Positions 39,377 through 48,952 of a DNA stretch of 64,000 nucleotides are shown here, in pieces (the stretch's first letter is position 1; each line of letters begins with the position of its first letter). Source of the stretch: Bacillota bacterium (lineage in GTDB: Bacteria > Bacillota > Clostridia > Caldicoprobacterales > DTU083); the NCBI GenBank assembly GCA_029549985.1, contig JAKPIB010000035.1:29319-93318 (forward strand). Direction: 5' to 3'. Both the position numbers and the translations under genes were made by a program. The notes under the pieces are model-generated. The model saw nothing but the letters and a program-made list of their open reading frames with translations, was not told the DNA's origin and did not search any database.

Positions 39377-40159
39377 ATGGAGGGGATTTTTTTGGACATA
39401 TCGGGTCTTACTGTAGATAAATTAGCTCAGATCATCGAAGAAAGCACACCCTCAAAAGAACTCCTGGAAGCGCTCAAAGCCGACGAACGTAAAAGTGTCA
39501 AAAAGCTGTTTGATAAATACATTAGAACCAAGGAAGCCGAGTCACGCTCGAAAGAAAAGTCCGAACAGCTCCTGGTTTTTGAAAGAAGGCTCTGGAACGA
39601 GGGATGGACACTGGTTGGGGGGATAGACGAGGCTGGAAGGGGCCCTTTGGCAGGTCCTGTAGTAGCTGCCTGCGTGGTACTTCCAAAAGGACTCATCATT
39701 GCCGGTGTTGATGATTCCAAAAAGCTGACTCCTGCCAAACGAGAGGCCCTATATGATGAGATATTTGAAAAGGCGGTTTCCATCGGAGTAGGGATAGTAG
39801 ATAATAATAGGATCGATGAAGTCAACATCTTGAATGCTACCAGGGAAGCTATGCAGCAGGCTATAGAGCGCTGCAATATCCGGCCTGATTATCTGCTTAT
39901 AGACGCGGTCCGCTTGGATGACCACCCGATCCCACAGCTGTCTATCATAGGCGGTGACAGGAGATCTCAATCGATAGCCGCCGCTTCGATCATAGCCAAG
40001 GTGATAAGGGACAGGCTTATGAATGATTATTCCGCCATCTATCCGGGATATGGCTTTGAGAAGCATAAAGGCTATGGCACAGCAGAACACGAAGCAGCGA
40101 TCAAAAGACTTGGCTTGTCGCCCTTGCATAGGCGTAGCTTTACCGGCAGATTCGCCTGA
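39377..40159 (+). CDS. rnhB: ribonuclease HII
   Basis: GIDEAGRGPLAGPVV and DDSKKL motifs. Alternative TTG start at 39392. Confidence 0.93.
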   Translation: MEGIFLDISGLTVDKLAQIIEESTPSKELLEALKADERKSVKKLFDKYIRTKEAESRSKEKSEQLLVFERRLWNEGWTLVGGIDEAGRGPLAGPVVAACVVLPKGLIIAGVDDSKKLTPAKREALYDEIFEKAVSIGVGIVDNNRIDEVNILNATREAMQQAIERCNIRPDYLLIDAVRLDDHPIPQLSIIGGDRRSQSIAAASIIAKVIRDRLMNDYSAIYPGYGFEKHKGYGTAEHEAAIKRLGLSPLHRRSFTGRFA

Positions 40160-40173
40160 GAGGAGGTAAACCC

Positions 40174-41700
40174 GTGCTGGCCAAGGTCAAAAGCACCGGG
40201 CTTTTCGGCATCAGAGGGTACTCAATAGATATAGAGGTCGACATTTCAAACGGCCTGCCAAGCTTTGAAATCGTAGGACTGGCCGATATGGCTGTCAAAG
40301 AATCAAGGGAAAGGGTCCGGTCCGCTATAAAGAACAGCGGATTTGAGTTCCCGGTAAGACGCATAACCGTTAACATGGCTCCTGGCGATACCCGTAAGGA
40401 AGGTTCGGCTTATGACCTTCCAATAGCAGTGGGGATCCTTAAGGCGACCGGCCAGATACCTGACAATGGCTTTGATCCTGTATACCTGGGCGAGCTGTCC
40501 CTGGACGGTTCTATACGTCCCGTCAGTGGTGTGCTGCCCATGCTCCTGTCAGCATCTGACAGTGAGAGCTCCGCTGTCCTGCCTGTAGCAAATGCACCGG
40601 AAGCCAGCCATGTCAAAGGTATGGCCATTTACCCCTTTGAAACACTGGGGGAGCTTGTTGCAGCCTTGAATGGCAAAGCACCGTTGAAAGAATTTAAGCA
40701 AATCGAGGACAATGAGTTTCATGTCGACACTGACCCTGCAGAGGATTTCTTGGATGTAAAGGGACAGGAAAACGCCAAGCGTGCCTTGAAAATTGCAGCA
40801 GCCGGCGGGCACAACATAATCATGATCGGCAGTCCGGGCACTGGTAAGACGATGCTGGCCAGGCGTCTGCCCTCTATCCTTCCTGACCTGACATACTCAG
40901 AAGCTTTGGAGATAACCAATATCTACAGTGCTGCCGGAGCTTTGAACCCGGCTCTGGGGCTTATAAAGCAAAGGCCTTTCAGAGCGCCTCATCATACCAT
41001 TTCCAGCATCGCTCTGGTAGGCGGGGGAAGGATTCCAATGCCCGGCGAGATCAGTCTGGCTCATCATGGTGTCCTCTTTCTCGATGAACTCCCTGAGTAT
41101 AAGAGAGATGTTCTTGAAGTGCTGCGACAGCCACTTGAGGATGGGCAGATCACAGTTTCCAGGGCAAATGGTACGGCGGTTTTTCCAGCCAAGTTCATGC
41201 TGGTAGGAAGCATGAACCCATGCCCCTGCGGATATTTTGGAGATCCCGGCCATGAATGCTCCTGTACACCCGGGCAGATATCCAGATATATGAGCAAGCT
41301 GTCAGGCCCGTTACTGGACAGGTTCGATATCCATATGGAGGTAAGCCCGATCCCCTTTGAAAAACTGACCGGCGATTCCAGGGGCGAGTCATCACAGGAG
41401 ATGAAACAAGATGTCGACAGAGCCCGAAACATCCAGCTCGAACGCTACAAAAGTGAGGGCATTTTCTGCAATTCCCAGCTCAGTTCCAAGCAATTGCCCA
41501 AATACTGCAAGCTGAACGATACACAGCTTTTGATGCTGAAGGAAGCCTTTAAAATGCTGTCTTTGAGCGCCAGGGCTTATGACAGGATACTCAAGGTGGC
41601 ACGGACAATAGCTGATTTGGATGGAGAGGAAAGGATTCTTGACCATCATCTGGCCGAAGCTATACAGTACCGTAGCTTAGACAGGGAGCTCTGGAGCTAG
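40174..41700 (+). CDS. comM: Mg-chelatase-like AAA+ protein YifB/ComM
   Basis: 508 aa. Lon-protease-like N domain, Walker A GSPGTGKTM, LFLDELPE, and a Cys motif CPCGYFGDPGHECSC. Confidence 0.9.
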   Translation: MLAKVKSTGLFGIRGYSIDIEVDISNGLPSFEIVGLADMAVKESRERVRSAIKNSGFEFPVRRITVNMAPGDTRKEGSAYDLPIAVGILKATGQIPDNGFDPVYLGELSLDGSIRPVSGVLPMLLSASDSESSAVLPVANAPEASHVKGMAIYPFETLGELVAALNGKAPLKEFKQIEDNEFHVDTDPAEDFLDVKGQENAKRALKIAAAGGHNIIMIGSPGTGKTMLARRLPSILPDLTYSEALEITNIYSAAGALNPALGLIKQRPFRAPHHTISSIALVGGGRIPMPGEISLAHHGVLFLDELPEYKRDVLEVLRQPLEDGQITVSRANGTAVFPAKFMLVGSMNPCPCGYFGDPGHECSCTPGQISRYMSKLSGPLLDRFDIHMEVSPIPFEKLTGDSRGESSQEMKQDVDRARNIQLERYKSEGIFCNSQLSSKQLPKYCKLNDTQLLMLKEAFKMLSLSARAYDRILKVARTIADLDGEERILDHHLAEAIQYRSLDRELWS

Positions 41701-41893
41701 CTTCAAAAAATTAACTTTATTTGTGTTTATCTATTGTTTTCATTTACAAAATGTACTATTATTATAAATACCAAAAAAGTTGATCGAATCTAGAGATTAA
41801 ACTGGATTTTCGCAATATCCACACTATTCATTTAGAACTCTATCAATTTGTGTCGCATATATTTACTTTACATATACAAAGGAGATATTTAAA

Positions 41894-43924
41894 ATGAGGC
41901 TTTTTAGATCCTTTGATTCCGATGAAAATAAGCCGAAGATTTCGTCAGAACCTGTTTCCAAACCCAAACCCAAACCCAAATATACCTTTCTGGTCGTTGA
42001 CGATTCCAAATTTTCGCGGGGCATTTTGACTGATATATTGAAGAATGAAGGCTATACGATAGTCGGTGAAGCAAATGACGGTTATGAAGCTATTGATATG
42101 GTAAAAGAAAAAAGCCCGTCTTTTGTTTTTATGGATATAACCATGCCAAAAATGGACGGTCTTACAGCTGTCAAGGAGATCCTGAAGATCAATCCAAATA
42201 TCAACATCATCATGTGCTCAGCTCTCAGCCAGAAGAGAGTGATCGTAGAAGCTATCAAAGCCGGTGCCAAGGATTTCGTTATAAAGCCCTATAAGAAAGA
42301 GAATATACTCAATGTAGTCAATGTACACATGGAAGCCGATAAAAAAGGCCAAGTCATACCATTCAGGAGTGAAAATCATATCAAGAAAACCAAAGACAGC
42401 CGGTACGAATCTGAAGCAGAAAGCGACGCTTTATTGTTGGATGATGAGGCTCTGTCCAGAGAGGTTGACCTGATTTTTGACAGCTATGCCAAGGAAAACG
42501 AAAAGCACCAGGGTGAACAGCCCGGACAGCCAAAATTTAAAGTAGTCAAGCCTGAAAAGGAAGAGCTCAAACCTATCAGCGAGTCGAATTCTGATGCCAC
42601 TAAAGCCCGTCCGGGTGAATCGAAGAATGCTGATTCGCTTTTGGACGAGTTCGAACGTTTCCTGCAGACATTCAGTTCATACAGCTCAAGCATCGTAGAC
42701 ACGGACGAAGAAGCTGCACCTGAAAGCACAGATGATTCTGAATTGCTCACAGATGAAGAATATCCGGATCTTGTAATGGCGGACTTAGAAGATATTCCTG
42801 CAAATGACGGATATAAGGGATCATATCTGGATGAATATGCTGATTTTATAGATGAGGAGACAGCGAATGATGAAGCACCTGATCTTATGTCGGATGAGAC
42901 AGACATAGGATCCGGCGATCAGGATGAGTTTAATGCATCTGAGCGATCACCTGCAGGTGAAGCATCTTACACCAATGAGCCTTATATCAATGATACATAT
43001 GCCACTAATGACACAGATGAGACCTTCGAAGATAAGGAAGCCAATCCGGATGATACCGCATTCAGCACAGGGTCATATCAAGAGCTATCAGTAGATGACG
43101 GGCAGTATGGTGAAGCAGCTCCGACCAGGGAAGGACTTTTTACGGAAGATGTAACAGCAGATGAAGAACTTTATACGAACGAGACATGGGCTCAAGCAGA
43201 GCAATATGCTGGCAAGATGGCAACAGGAGAAGAACTGGAAGATGAAAAAGAAGCAAATCCCGCTATCTCAGCAGATGGTGATGTAGCGGATGAAAGCCAG
43301 GAGTTAACTGAGCTTGTTGCCCCAGAGCATGGCGAAGATGGGAAATCCGATGCAGATAAAGATCTGTCCATATACGAGGCAAGTGAAGCAGCTATGGTTG
43401 AAGAGGCTGCCGAAGATCAGCCTGATATGGGTTCAAACAGTATACCTGAAGCGGCAGAGTTGTCTGATTTCGGCCTGCCCAAGAAGATATTGCCGGACAG
43501 GCCTGTACACACATATGCAAGCAGGTTTGGCGGCAACAACCAACTAGTGGAGCTGAATCAGACAAGAGGTATCAAGGTCAGCCGTGTTGCTGCAACAAGG
43601 CTGATAATGAGCAATGATGAAAGCAAAAACGATCCTGATCTGGATCTTGATTTGTTGTACAGCATAGCTTGCGCATATATATCCCCCGAAAGTAAGCCTG
43701 GTAAGGATGAAACAAAATGGAACGGACATACGGTGCACAGGAGCATCAAAAATATTTCCGGTCTTGCCCTCATTAACAGGCAACAGGCCAGGTCGATCTC
43801 AATGCTGGATCTTATTAGAAATGACAGATCGGACAAAAAACATGCAAACGATGAGGAAGTCCTGTTAAAGGCCATAGCAGATCTGGTAAGGAAAAAAAGC
43901 GAACGCGTCTTAAGCAGCGAATAA
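41894..43924 (+). CDS. CheY-type receiver domain protein with long polyacidic low-complexity region and unassigned C-terminal domain
   Basis: 676 aa with RBS AAGGAG 8 nt upstream. Receiver hallmarks DD36-37, D81 (FVFMDITMP), S109 and K131-P. Residues about 150-530 are D/E/T/S-rich. The last 140 aa or so have ordinary composition and no motif I recognise. Confidence 0.85.
   Translation: MRLFRSFDSDENKPKISSEPVSKPKPKPKYTFLVVDDSKFSRGILTDILKNEGYTIVGEANDGYEAIDMVKEKSPSFVFMDITMPKMDGLTAVKEILKINPNINIIMCSALSQKRVIVEAIKAGAKDFVIKPYKKENILNVVNVHMEADKKGQVIPFRSENHIKKTKDSRYESEAESDALLLDDEALSREVDLIFDSYAKENEKHQGEQPGQPKFKVVKPEKEELKPISESNSDATKARPGESKNADSLLDEFERFLQTFSSYSSSIVDTDEEAAPESTDDSELLTDEEYPDLVMADLEDIPANDGYKGSYLDEYADFIDEETANDEAPDLMSDETDIGSGDQDEFNASERSPAGEASYTNEPYINDTYATNDTDETFEDKEANPDDTAFSTGSYQELSVDDGQYGEAAPTREGLFTEDVTADEELYTNETWAQAEQYAGKMATGEELEDEKEANPAISADGDVADESQELTELVAPEHGEDGKSDADKDLSIYEASEAAMVEEAAEDQPDMGSNSIPEAAELSDFGLPKKILPDRPVHTYASRFGGNNQLVELNQTRGIKVSRVAATRLIMSNDESKNDPDLDLDLLYSIACAYISPESKPGKDETKWNGHTVHRSIKNISGLALINRQQARSISMLDLIRNDRSDKKHANDEEVLLKAIADLVRKKSERVLSSE
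41960..41980 (+). repeat. hexanucleotide tandem repeat (AAACCC)x3.5
   Basis: aaacccaaacccaaacccaaa, encoding KPKPKPK just ahead of the receiver domain. Confidence 0.9.
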
Positions 43925-43979
43925 ACATATGCTTACAGGCGCACCTTATTTAACCACGTGATAACAGGAGGACAAGCAA

Positions 43980-44936
43980 ATGAGCAAATTTACCGTGAAC
44001 AAGACCTTGTTTGAGGGGCTGGCACAATATTTTGATGAAAAAAACAGCATATCTCCCTTTGCACTTCAACCGGATAAGAATTTGTCTTCAGAAGAGATAG
44101 ATTATCTAAAGGAGACCGGCATATTGGGCAATGACGGCAGCATTGTCCGGTCTTTGCATGATATGCTGACAGTGGTAGCCAAGCCAGCCGCCGCAGTGAA
44201 CCTGCTTCTGACTGGCGGAGCCGGCTTGTACAAGCATAGCTTATACTATGACGCCACATACACCAAGTGCATATATGCTACCTATATGACTGATGATATA
44301 GTAGTTACCGACGAAGAGAGCCCGGACAGCTTAATGGATACCATAGCCAAGTTTATTGGAAAAAGCAACTTGAAAAGTCTTGATTTCAACCACGACTTCG
44401 ATATCGAAGAAGCGCTTGTCATAGCAGCGATAATAGACCTTGAAAGAAAGCTTTGCCTAAGAGCATTGATAGATGAAATCCCCTACGACCAAAACCTGTA
44501 CGGCTACAATAAGATTTGGAGGACTATAAACAGCACGAGTTCAAGCATTCAATGGTTTGTACATATCATCAATCAAGTGATAGGAGAGTATACAAACCTA
44601 AGCTACAAGCAAGTGCAGGACGCACTGGAAAGGCTTGTGCCGTTAGGGCTGTTGAGCCAGAAGAACGGCCTGTATCAGTTATCGGATGAACTGGTTTTCC
44701 TGGCCAATAGGATGCTCATCAATGACAACATAGTTTCAGTTTCAGCATTGAAGCAATGGGGCAATGGGATCATATCCTCCGGCTTTACAAGTGTCCAGGC
44801 CGGTATCCATGATATATTGTATCTTGACTACAATGGTGACACCATAAAGTTCAAAACCATGTCCAGCGATGAGCTGTTGGAAAGCATTGACTTTTTCATT
44901 AACAATAAGGAGTATTTCAGCAAATTGACAGCATAA
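43980..44936 (+). CDS. hypothetical protein, no recognisable family
   Basis: 318 aa with RBS AGGAGG 8 nt upstream. Soluble-looking. Possible winged-helix-like segment (YKQVQDALERLVPLGLLSQKNGLYQLSDE). Only 25 nt upstream of pilB. Confidence 0.75.
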   Translation: MSKFTVNKTLFEGLAQYFDEKNSISPFALQPDKNLSSEEIDYLKETGILGNDGSIVRSLHDMLTVVAKPAAAVNLLLTGGAGLYKHSLYYDATYTKCIYATYMTDDIVVTDEESPDSLMDTIAKFIGKSNLKSLDFNHDFDIEEALVIAAIIDLERKLCLRALIDEIPYDQNLYGYNKIWRTINSTSSSIQWFVHIINQVIGEYTNLSYKQVQDALERLVPLGLLSQKNGLYQLSDELVFLANRMLINDNIVSVSALKQWGNGIISSGFTSVQAGIHDILYLDYNGDTIKFKTMSSDELLESIDFFINNKEYFSKLTA

Positions 44937-44961
44937 GGCTGTCGACTCTGCCGGATAGGGG

Positions 44962-46650
44962 GTGTGGGATACGTCTAGAAAAAGAAAAAAGCTGGGTGAT
45001 TTTCTGCTGGAATCCGGTATCATAGACGAGGTACAGCTGGCAAAGGCCTTGCATATTCAAAAGGAACAGGGCGGACGGCTCGGTACGATCCTGGTGAAAA
45101 ACAACTTCGTAGATGAGCGGCAACTATTAGAGGTATTGGAGTTCCGGCTGGGCATTCCCTTTATAGATCTTCACAATATAGAAATCAGCCCTGATATGCA
45201 GAAGCTGGTTCCATATCAGATTGCTGAAAAATATAAGGTAGTACCGGTCAAAATCGAGAATGGCATGCTGTATGTTGCAATGGAGGACCCACTTGATTTT
45301 ATCGCTATCGAGGACCTCAAACTCGTGGCAAAAATGGAGATCGCTCCTGTATTATCCTATGTTGACTCTATCACTTCAGCGATCAACCAGCTGTACGGCA
45401 GCGAAGAGGCAGACAAGGCCATAAAGGAATTCCAGCAGGAATCCGGGATACAGTCTGCTGAAAGCACGGCAAGTGAGCAGCAGCTTGAGGTTGACAGCGC
45501 ACCAATTGTCAGGCTGGTCCATACTATGATTGAGCAAGCGGTGCTGGAAGGAACCAGCGATATCCACATAGAGCCAATGGAGAACGAGGTGAGGGTCCGT
45601 TACAGGATCGACGGCAAGCTGCAGCTCTTTCAAACCATACCTAAGAATGCTCATTCTGCAGTGATTACTCGTATAAAGATAATGTCGGGTCTGAACATTG
45701 CAGAGAAAAGGATCCCACAGGACGGCAGGTGTGATCTGACGGTCAGGGACAAGCAGCTCAACCTTCGTGTGTCTACACTGCCTACAGTCCATGGAGAAAA
45801 AGTTGTAATCAGGATCCTGGACAAGTCCAACTTCCTGATCCCAAAGGAAAAGCTGGGCTTTACCAAGGAGAACCTTGAGAAATTCGACAGACTGCTTATG
45901 AACCCTCATGGGATAATCCTTATAACAGGCCCGACCGGAAGCGGCAAATCAACGACCCTATATACTATGCTGAGCGAGCTCAACAAGATATCAGAGAACA
46001 TAGTTACAGTAGAGGACCCGGTCGAATACCTGATACCGGGCCTGAATCAGGTGCAGGTCAATGTCAAGGCAGGCCTTACCTTTGCAAGCGCGCTCAGATC
46101 ATTCTTAAGGCAAGACCCTGATATTATCATGCTGGGAGAGATCAGGGATTCGGAGACCGCAGATATAGCTATGAGGGCTGCCATAACCGGCCACCTTGTA
46201 TTGAGCACCTTGCATACCAATGATGCTGTCAGCTCCATATCAAGGCTGATCGATATGGGCATAGAGCCGTTCATGGTTGCCGTATCACTTGTGGGTGTCA
46301 TATCCCAAAGGCTGGTGAGAAAGCTCTGCCCGAGATGTGCAGTGGATTACAAACCGCCAGCCCATGAACTCAAACTGCTGGGAGTGGACAAGGAGGACCA
46401 GGTGTACAAAAAGCCGGTGGGCTGCAGCTACTGCAATAACACAGGCTATAAGGGCAGATTGGCTGTCCACGAGGTCCTGGTCATAAACAATGGCCACAGG
46501 GAAATGATAGCCAAAAATGCCTCAGTAAGCGATCTTACTGAGTATTCAATTAAGACAGGAATGACCACGCTAAAGCAGGAATGCATCAAACTACTTGAAA
46601 ACGGCACTACTTCTGTCAGTGAAGTATTGAGTGTAGCATACTCACAATAA
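44962..46650 (+). CDS. pilB: type IV pilus assembly ATPase PilB (GspE family)
   Basis: N-terminal MshEN/GSPII_E_N domain. Walker A GPTGSGKST, Asp and His boxes, and a tetracysteine CPRC...CSYC. Confidence 0.93.
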   Translation: MWDTSRKRKKLGDFLLESGIIDEVQLAKALHIQKEQGGRLGTILVKNNFVDERQLLEVLEFRLGIPFIDLHNIEISPDMQKLVPYQIAEKYKVVPVKIENGMLYVAMEDPLDFIAIEDLKLVAKMEIAPVLSYVDSITSAINQLYGSEEADKAIKEFQQESGIQSAESTASEQQLEVDSAPIVRLVHTMIEQAVLEGTSDIHIEPMENEVRVRYRIDGKLQLFQTIPKNAHSAVITRIKIMSGLNIAEKRIPQDGRCDLTVRDKQLNLRVSTLPTVHGEKVVIRILDKSNFLIPKEKLGFTKENLEKFDRLLMNPHGIILITGPTGSGKSTTLYTMLSELNKISENIVTVEDPVEYLIPGLNQVQVNVKAGLTFASALRSFLRQDPDIIMLGEIRDSETADIAMRAAITGHLVLSTLHTNDAVSSISRLIDMGIEPFMVAVSLVGVISQRLVRKLCPRCAVDYKPPAHELKLLGVDKEDQVYKKPVGCSYCNNTGYKGRLAVHEVLVINNGHREMIAKNASVSDLTEYSIKTGMTTLKQECIKLLENGTTSVSEVLSVAYSQ

Positions 46651-46670
46651 GATACAGAAGGGGTCATGAT

Positions 46671-47723
46671 ATGAATCTCTACGAAATACTGAAGACTGCA
46701 TCGGATCTAAAAGCTTCTGACATACACATAACTGTTGGTGTGCCATGTACATACCGGATACACGGCAAGCTCGTACACATAGATGACAAGATCCTCCTGC
46801 CTGATGATACAAAGACGCTCGTCAGGGAGCTGTGCAATGAAGCCCAGTTCGGCCTGCTGACTAAAAAGGGAGAAGTGGACTTTTCATTTTCGATGCCCGG
46901 ACTTCAGCGATTCAGGGTAAATGCCTACAAGCAGCGCAACAGCTATAGCGCTGCCTTGAGGCTTGTAAACTCGAAGATCCCGCCTTTTGAGGAGCTCGGC
47001 CTGCCTTCAGTGGTAAGAGAGCTGACTCACCTCAGCAGGGGGATAATCCTGGTGACAGGGCCTACTGGCAGCGGGAAGTCGACTACCCTGGCCAGCATGA
47101 TAGATTACATCAACAACAACTGGGACAAGCATATTATAACCATCGAGGATCCGATCGAGTATCTGCACAGGCATAAAAAGAGCATCGTTAACCAAAGAGA
47201 GGTCGGCAGTGACACGAAGAGCTTTGCCAATGCCTTGCGCGCAGCCTTGCGCCAGGACCCTGACATCATACTGATAGGCGAGATGAGGGACCTGGAGACC
47301 ATAGCCACAGCGCTTACCGCGGCCGAGACCGGCCACCTTGTGCTTAGCACGCTTCATACGGTGGGTGCTACCAAAACGATCGACAGGATCATTGACGCCT
47401 TTCCGCCCCACCAGCAGCAGCAGGTAAGGGTACAGCTCTCTATGCTGCTGCAAGGCGTTATATCGCAGCAGCTTATTACTAGAAGAGATGGAAAAGGCCG
47501 TGTTGCTGCTGTTGAAACGATGGTTGTCAATGCCGCAATAAGAAATATCATACGCGAGGCAAAGATACACCAGATCAACAATGTCATCCAAACAAGCGCT
47601 AGCAAGGGGATGAAGCTTATGGATGATGCTATTATCGAGCTGTACAATAAGCAGCTGATTTCAAGAGAAGATGCCCTTATGCACTGCGTAGATCCGGAAT
47701 ATATGAGAAAAAGCCTGTTCTAA
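46671..47723 (+). CDS. pilT: type IV pilus retraction ATPase PilT
   Basis: 350 aa. SDIHI motif, Walker A GPTGSGKST, GHLVLSTLHT, and AIRNIIREAK (PilT-specific AIRNLIRE motif). Confidence 0.93.
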   Translation: MNLYEILKTASDLKASDIHITVGVPCTYRIHGKLVHIDDKILLPDDTKTLVRELCNEAQFGLLTKKGEVDFSFSMPGLQRFRVNAYKQRNSYSAALRLVNSKIPPFEELGLPSVVRELTHLSRGIILVTGPTGSGKSTTLASMIDYINNNWDKHIITIEDPIEYLHRHKKSIVNQREVGSDTKSFANALRAALRQDPDIILIGEMRDLETIATALTAAETGHLVLSTLHTVGATKTIDRIIDAFPPHQQQQVRVQLSMLLQGVISQQLITRRDGKGRVAAVETMVVNAAIRNIIREAKIHQINNVIQTSASKGMKLMDDAIIELYNKQLISREDALMHCVDPEYMRKSLF

Positions 47724-47734
47724 TATGAAAGAGG

Positions 47735-48952
47735 GTGGTTATCATTCCTAAGTACCAGTATAAAGCTGTGAATATGTCAGGCAGGGTCATAGAAGGAGTG
47801 TATGAAGCTATAAATAAAGACGCTGTCGTTGACATGATAAGACAGAAAAACTTCTTTCAGCTGGAAATAAAAGAGCTGCCGAGCCAGAAGGACATAAATG
47901 ATCTATCTTTCCTATCGAAGATCGGCAGTAAGGATATTTCACTGTTCTGTAAGCAGTTTGCCGCCATCCTTAGGGCAGGCGTACCTTTGGTACAAGGGCT
48001 CAATATGTTGAGCCAGCAGACAGAGAATAAAAAGCTGAAGAGTATACTTTCAAATATATATGAGGTCGTTCAGAAGGGCAACAGCCTATCCGATGCCATG
48101 CGACTGCATGAGAAAAAGCTGCCTGCCATGCTGATAAACATGATAGAGGCCGGCGAGGTCAGCGGTACTTTGGATGAGACCCTTGAAACGATGGCTGTTC
48201 ATTATGAAAAGGACTATAAGATGAAGGCAAAAGTAAAGGGTGCGATGACATACCCGATCGTTGTCCTTGTTATAGCAATAGCTGTCGTAATATTGATGCT
48301 GACCGCAGTTGTGCCTATGTTCATAGGCCTGTTTGAAAACAGCGGAGCACCGCTGCCCGGTCCGACAAAGCTGCTGATAGGGATGAGCGAAGGCCTCAAG
48401 GCCAACGGACTTGTATACCTGCTCTTTATAGTGATCGCTGGTATTCTTATAAAGATCTATCTTTCAACGGAAAACGGAAAGGCAGTATTCCACAGACTCC
48501 TGTTACAGGCGCCGCTCGTCGGCAAGCTTCAGGTCAAGGTATTCACAGCAAGGCTCGCAAGGACCCTTGGTACCTTGATGAGGACCGGTGTAGACATAAC
48601 CAAATCCATAAACCTGGCATCCAGGACGATATCAAATGTCATCGTCCAAAAAGGATTGTTTGAGGTAGAAGCCCAGGTCAATCAGGGAAAAAGCCTGTAC
48701 GAACCGATCAAGGCCCTTAAGATCTTTCCGGTGATGCTGGAAAACATGGTCATGCTGGGTGAAGAATCCGGTACCCTGGAAGATATGCTTATAAAGACGG
48801 CTGATTTCTATGAGGAAGAAGTGGACAGGGAGATACAAAAGCTGACCTCGCTTATGGAGCCTGCGATAATCGTCGTCCTAGGTGGGATGATCGCCTTCAT
48901 TGTACTTTCCATAATGCTGCCGATGTTCGAAATGATGAAATATGTAGCATAA
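47735..48952 (+). CDS. pilC: type IV pilus platform protein PilC (GspF family)
   Basis: 405 aa. Two T2SF repeats and three TM segments. The start codon (GTG 47735) is uncertain. Confidence 0.92.
   Translation: MVIIPKYQYKAVNMSGRVIEGVYEAINKDAVVDMIRQKNFFQLEIKELPSQKDINDLSFLSKIGSKDISLFCKQFAAILRAGVPLVQGLNMLSQQTENKKLKSILSNIYEVVQKGNSLSDAMRLHEKKLPAMLINMIEAGEVSGTLDETLETMAVHYEKDYKMKAKVKGAMTYPIVVLVIAIAVVILMLTAVVPMFIGLFENSGAPLPGPTKLLIGMSEGLKANGLVYLLFIVIAGILIKIYLSTENGKAVFHRLLLQAPLVGKLQVKVFTARLARTLGTLMRTGVDITKSINLASRTISNVIVQKGLFEVEAQVNQGKSLYEPIKALKIFPVMLENMVMLGEESGTLEDMLIKTADFYEEEVDREIQKLTSLMEPAIIVVLGGMIAFIVLSIMLPMFEMMKYVA

Noticed and set aside
41719-41853. Octamer ATTTGTGT occurring twice (41719 and 41846) in the AT-rich spacer upstream of the receiver gene.
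   Set aside because: A single 8-mer recurrence in about 190 nt of AT-rich DNA is plausibly chance, and no dyad symmetry accompanies it.
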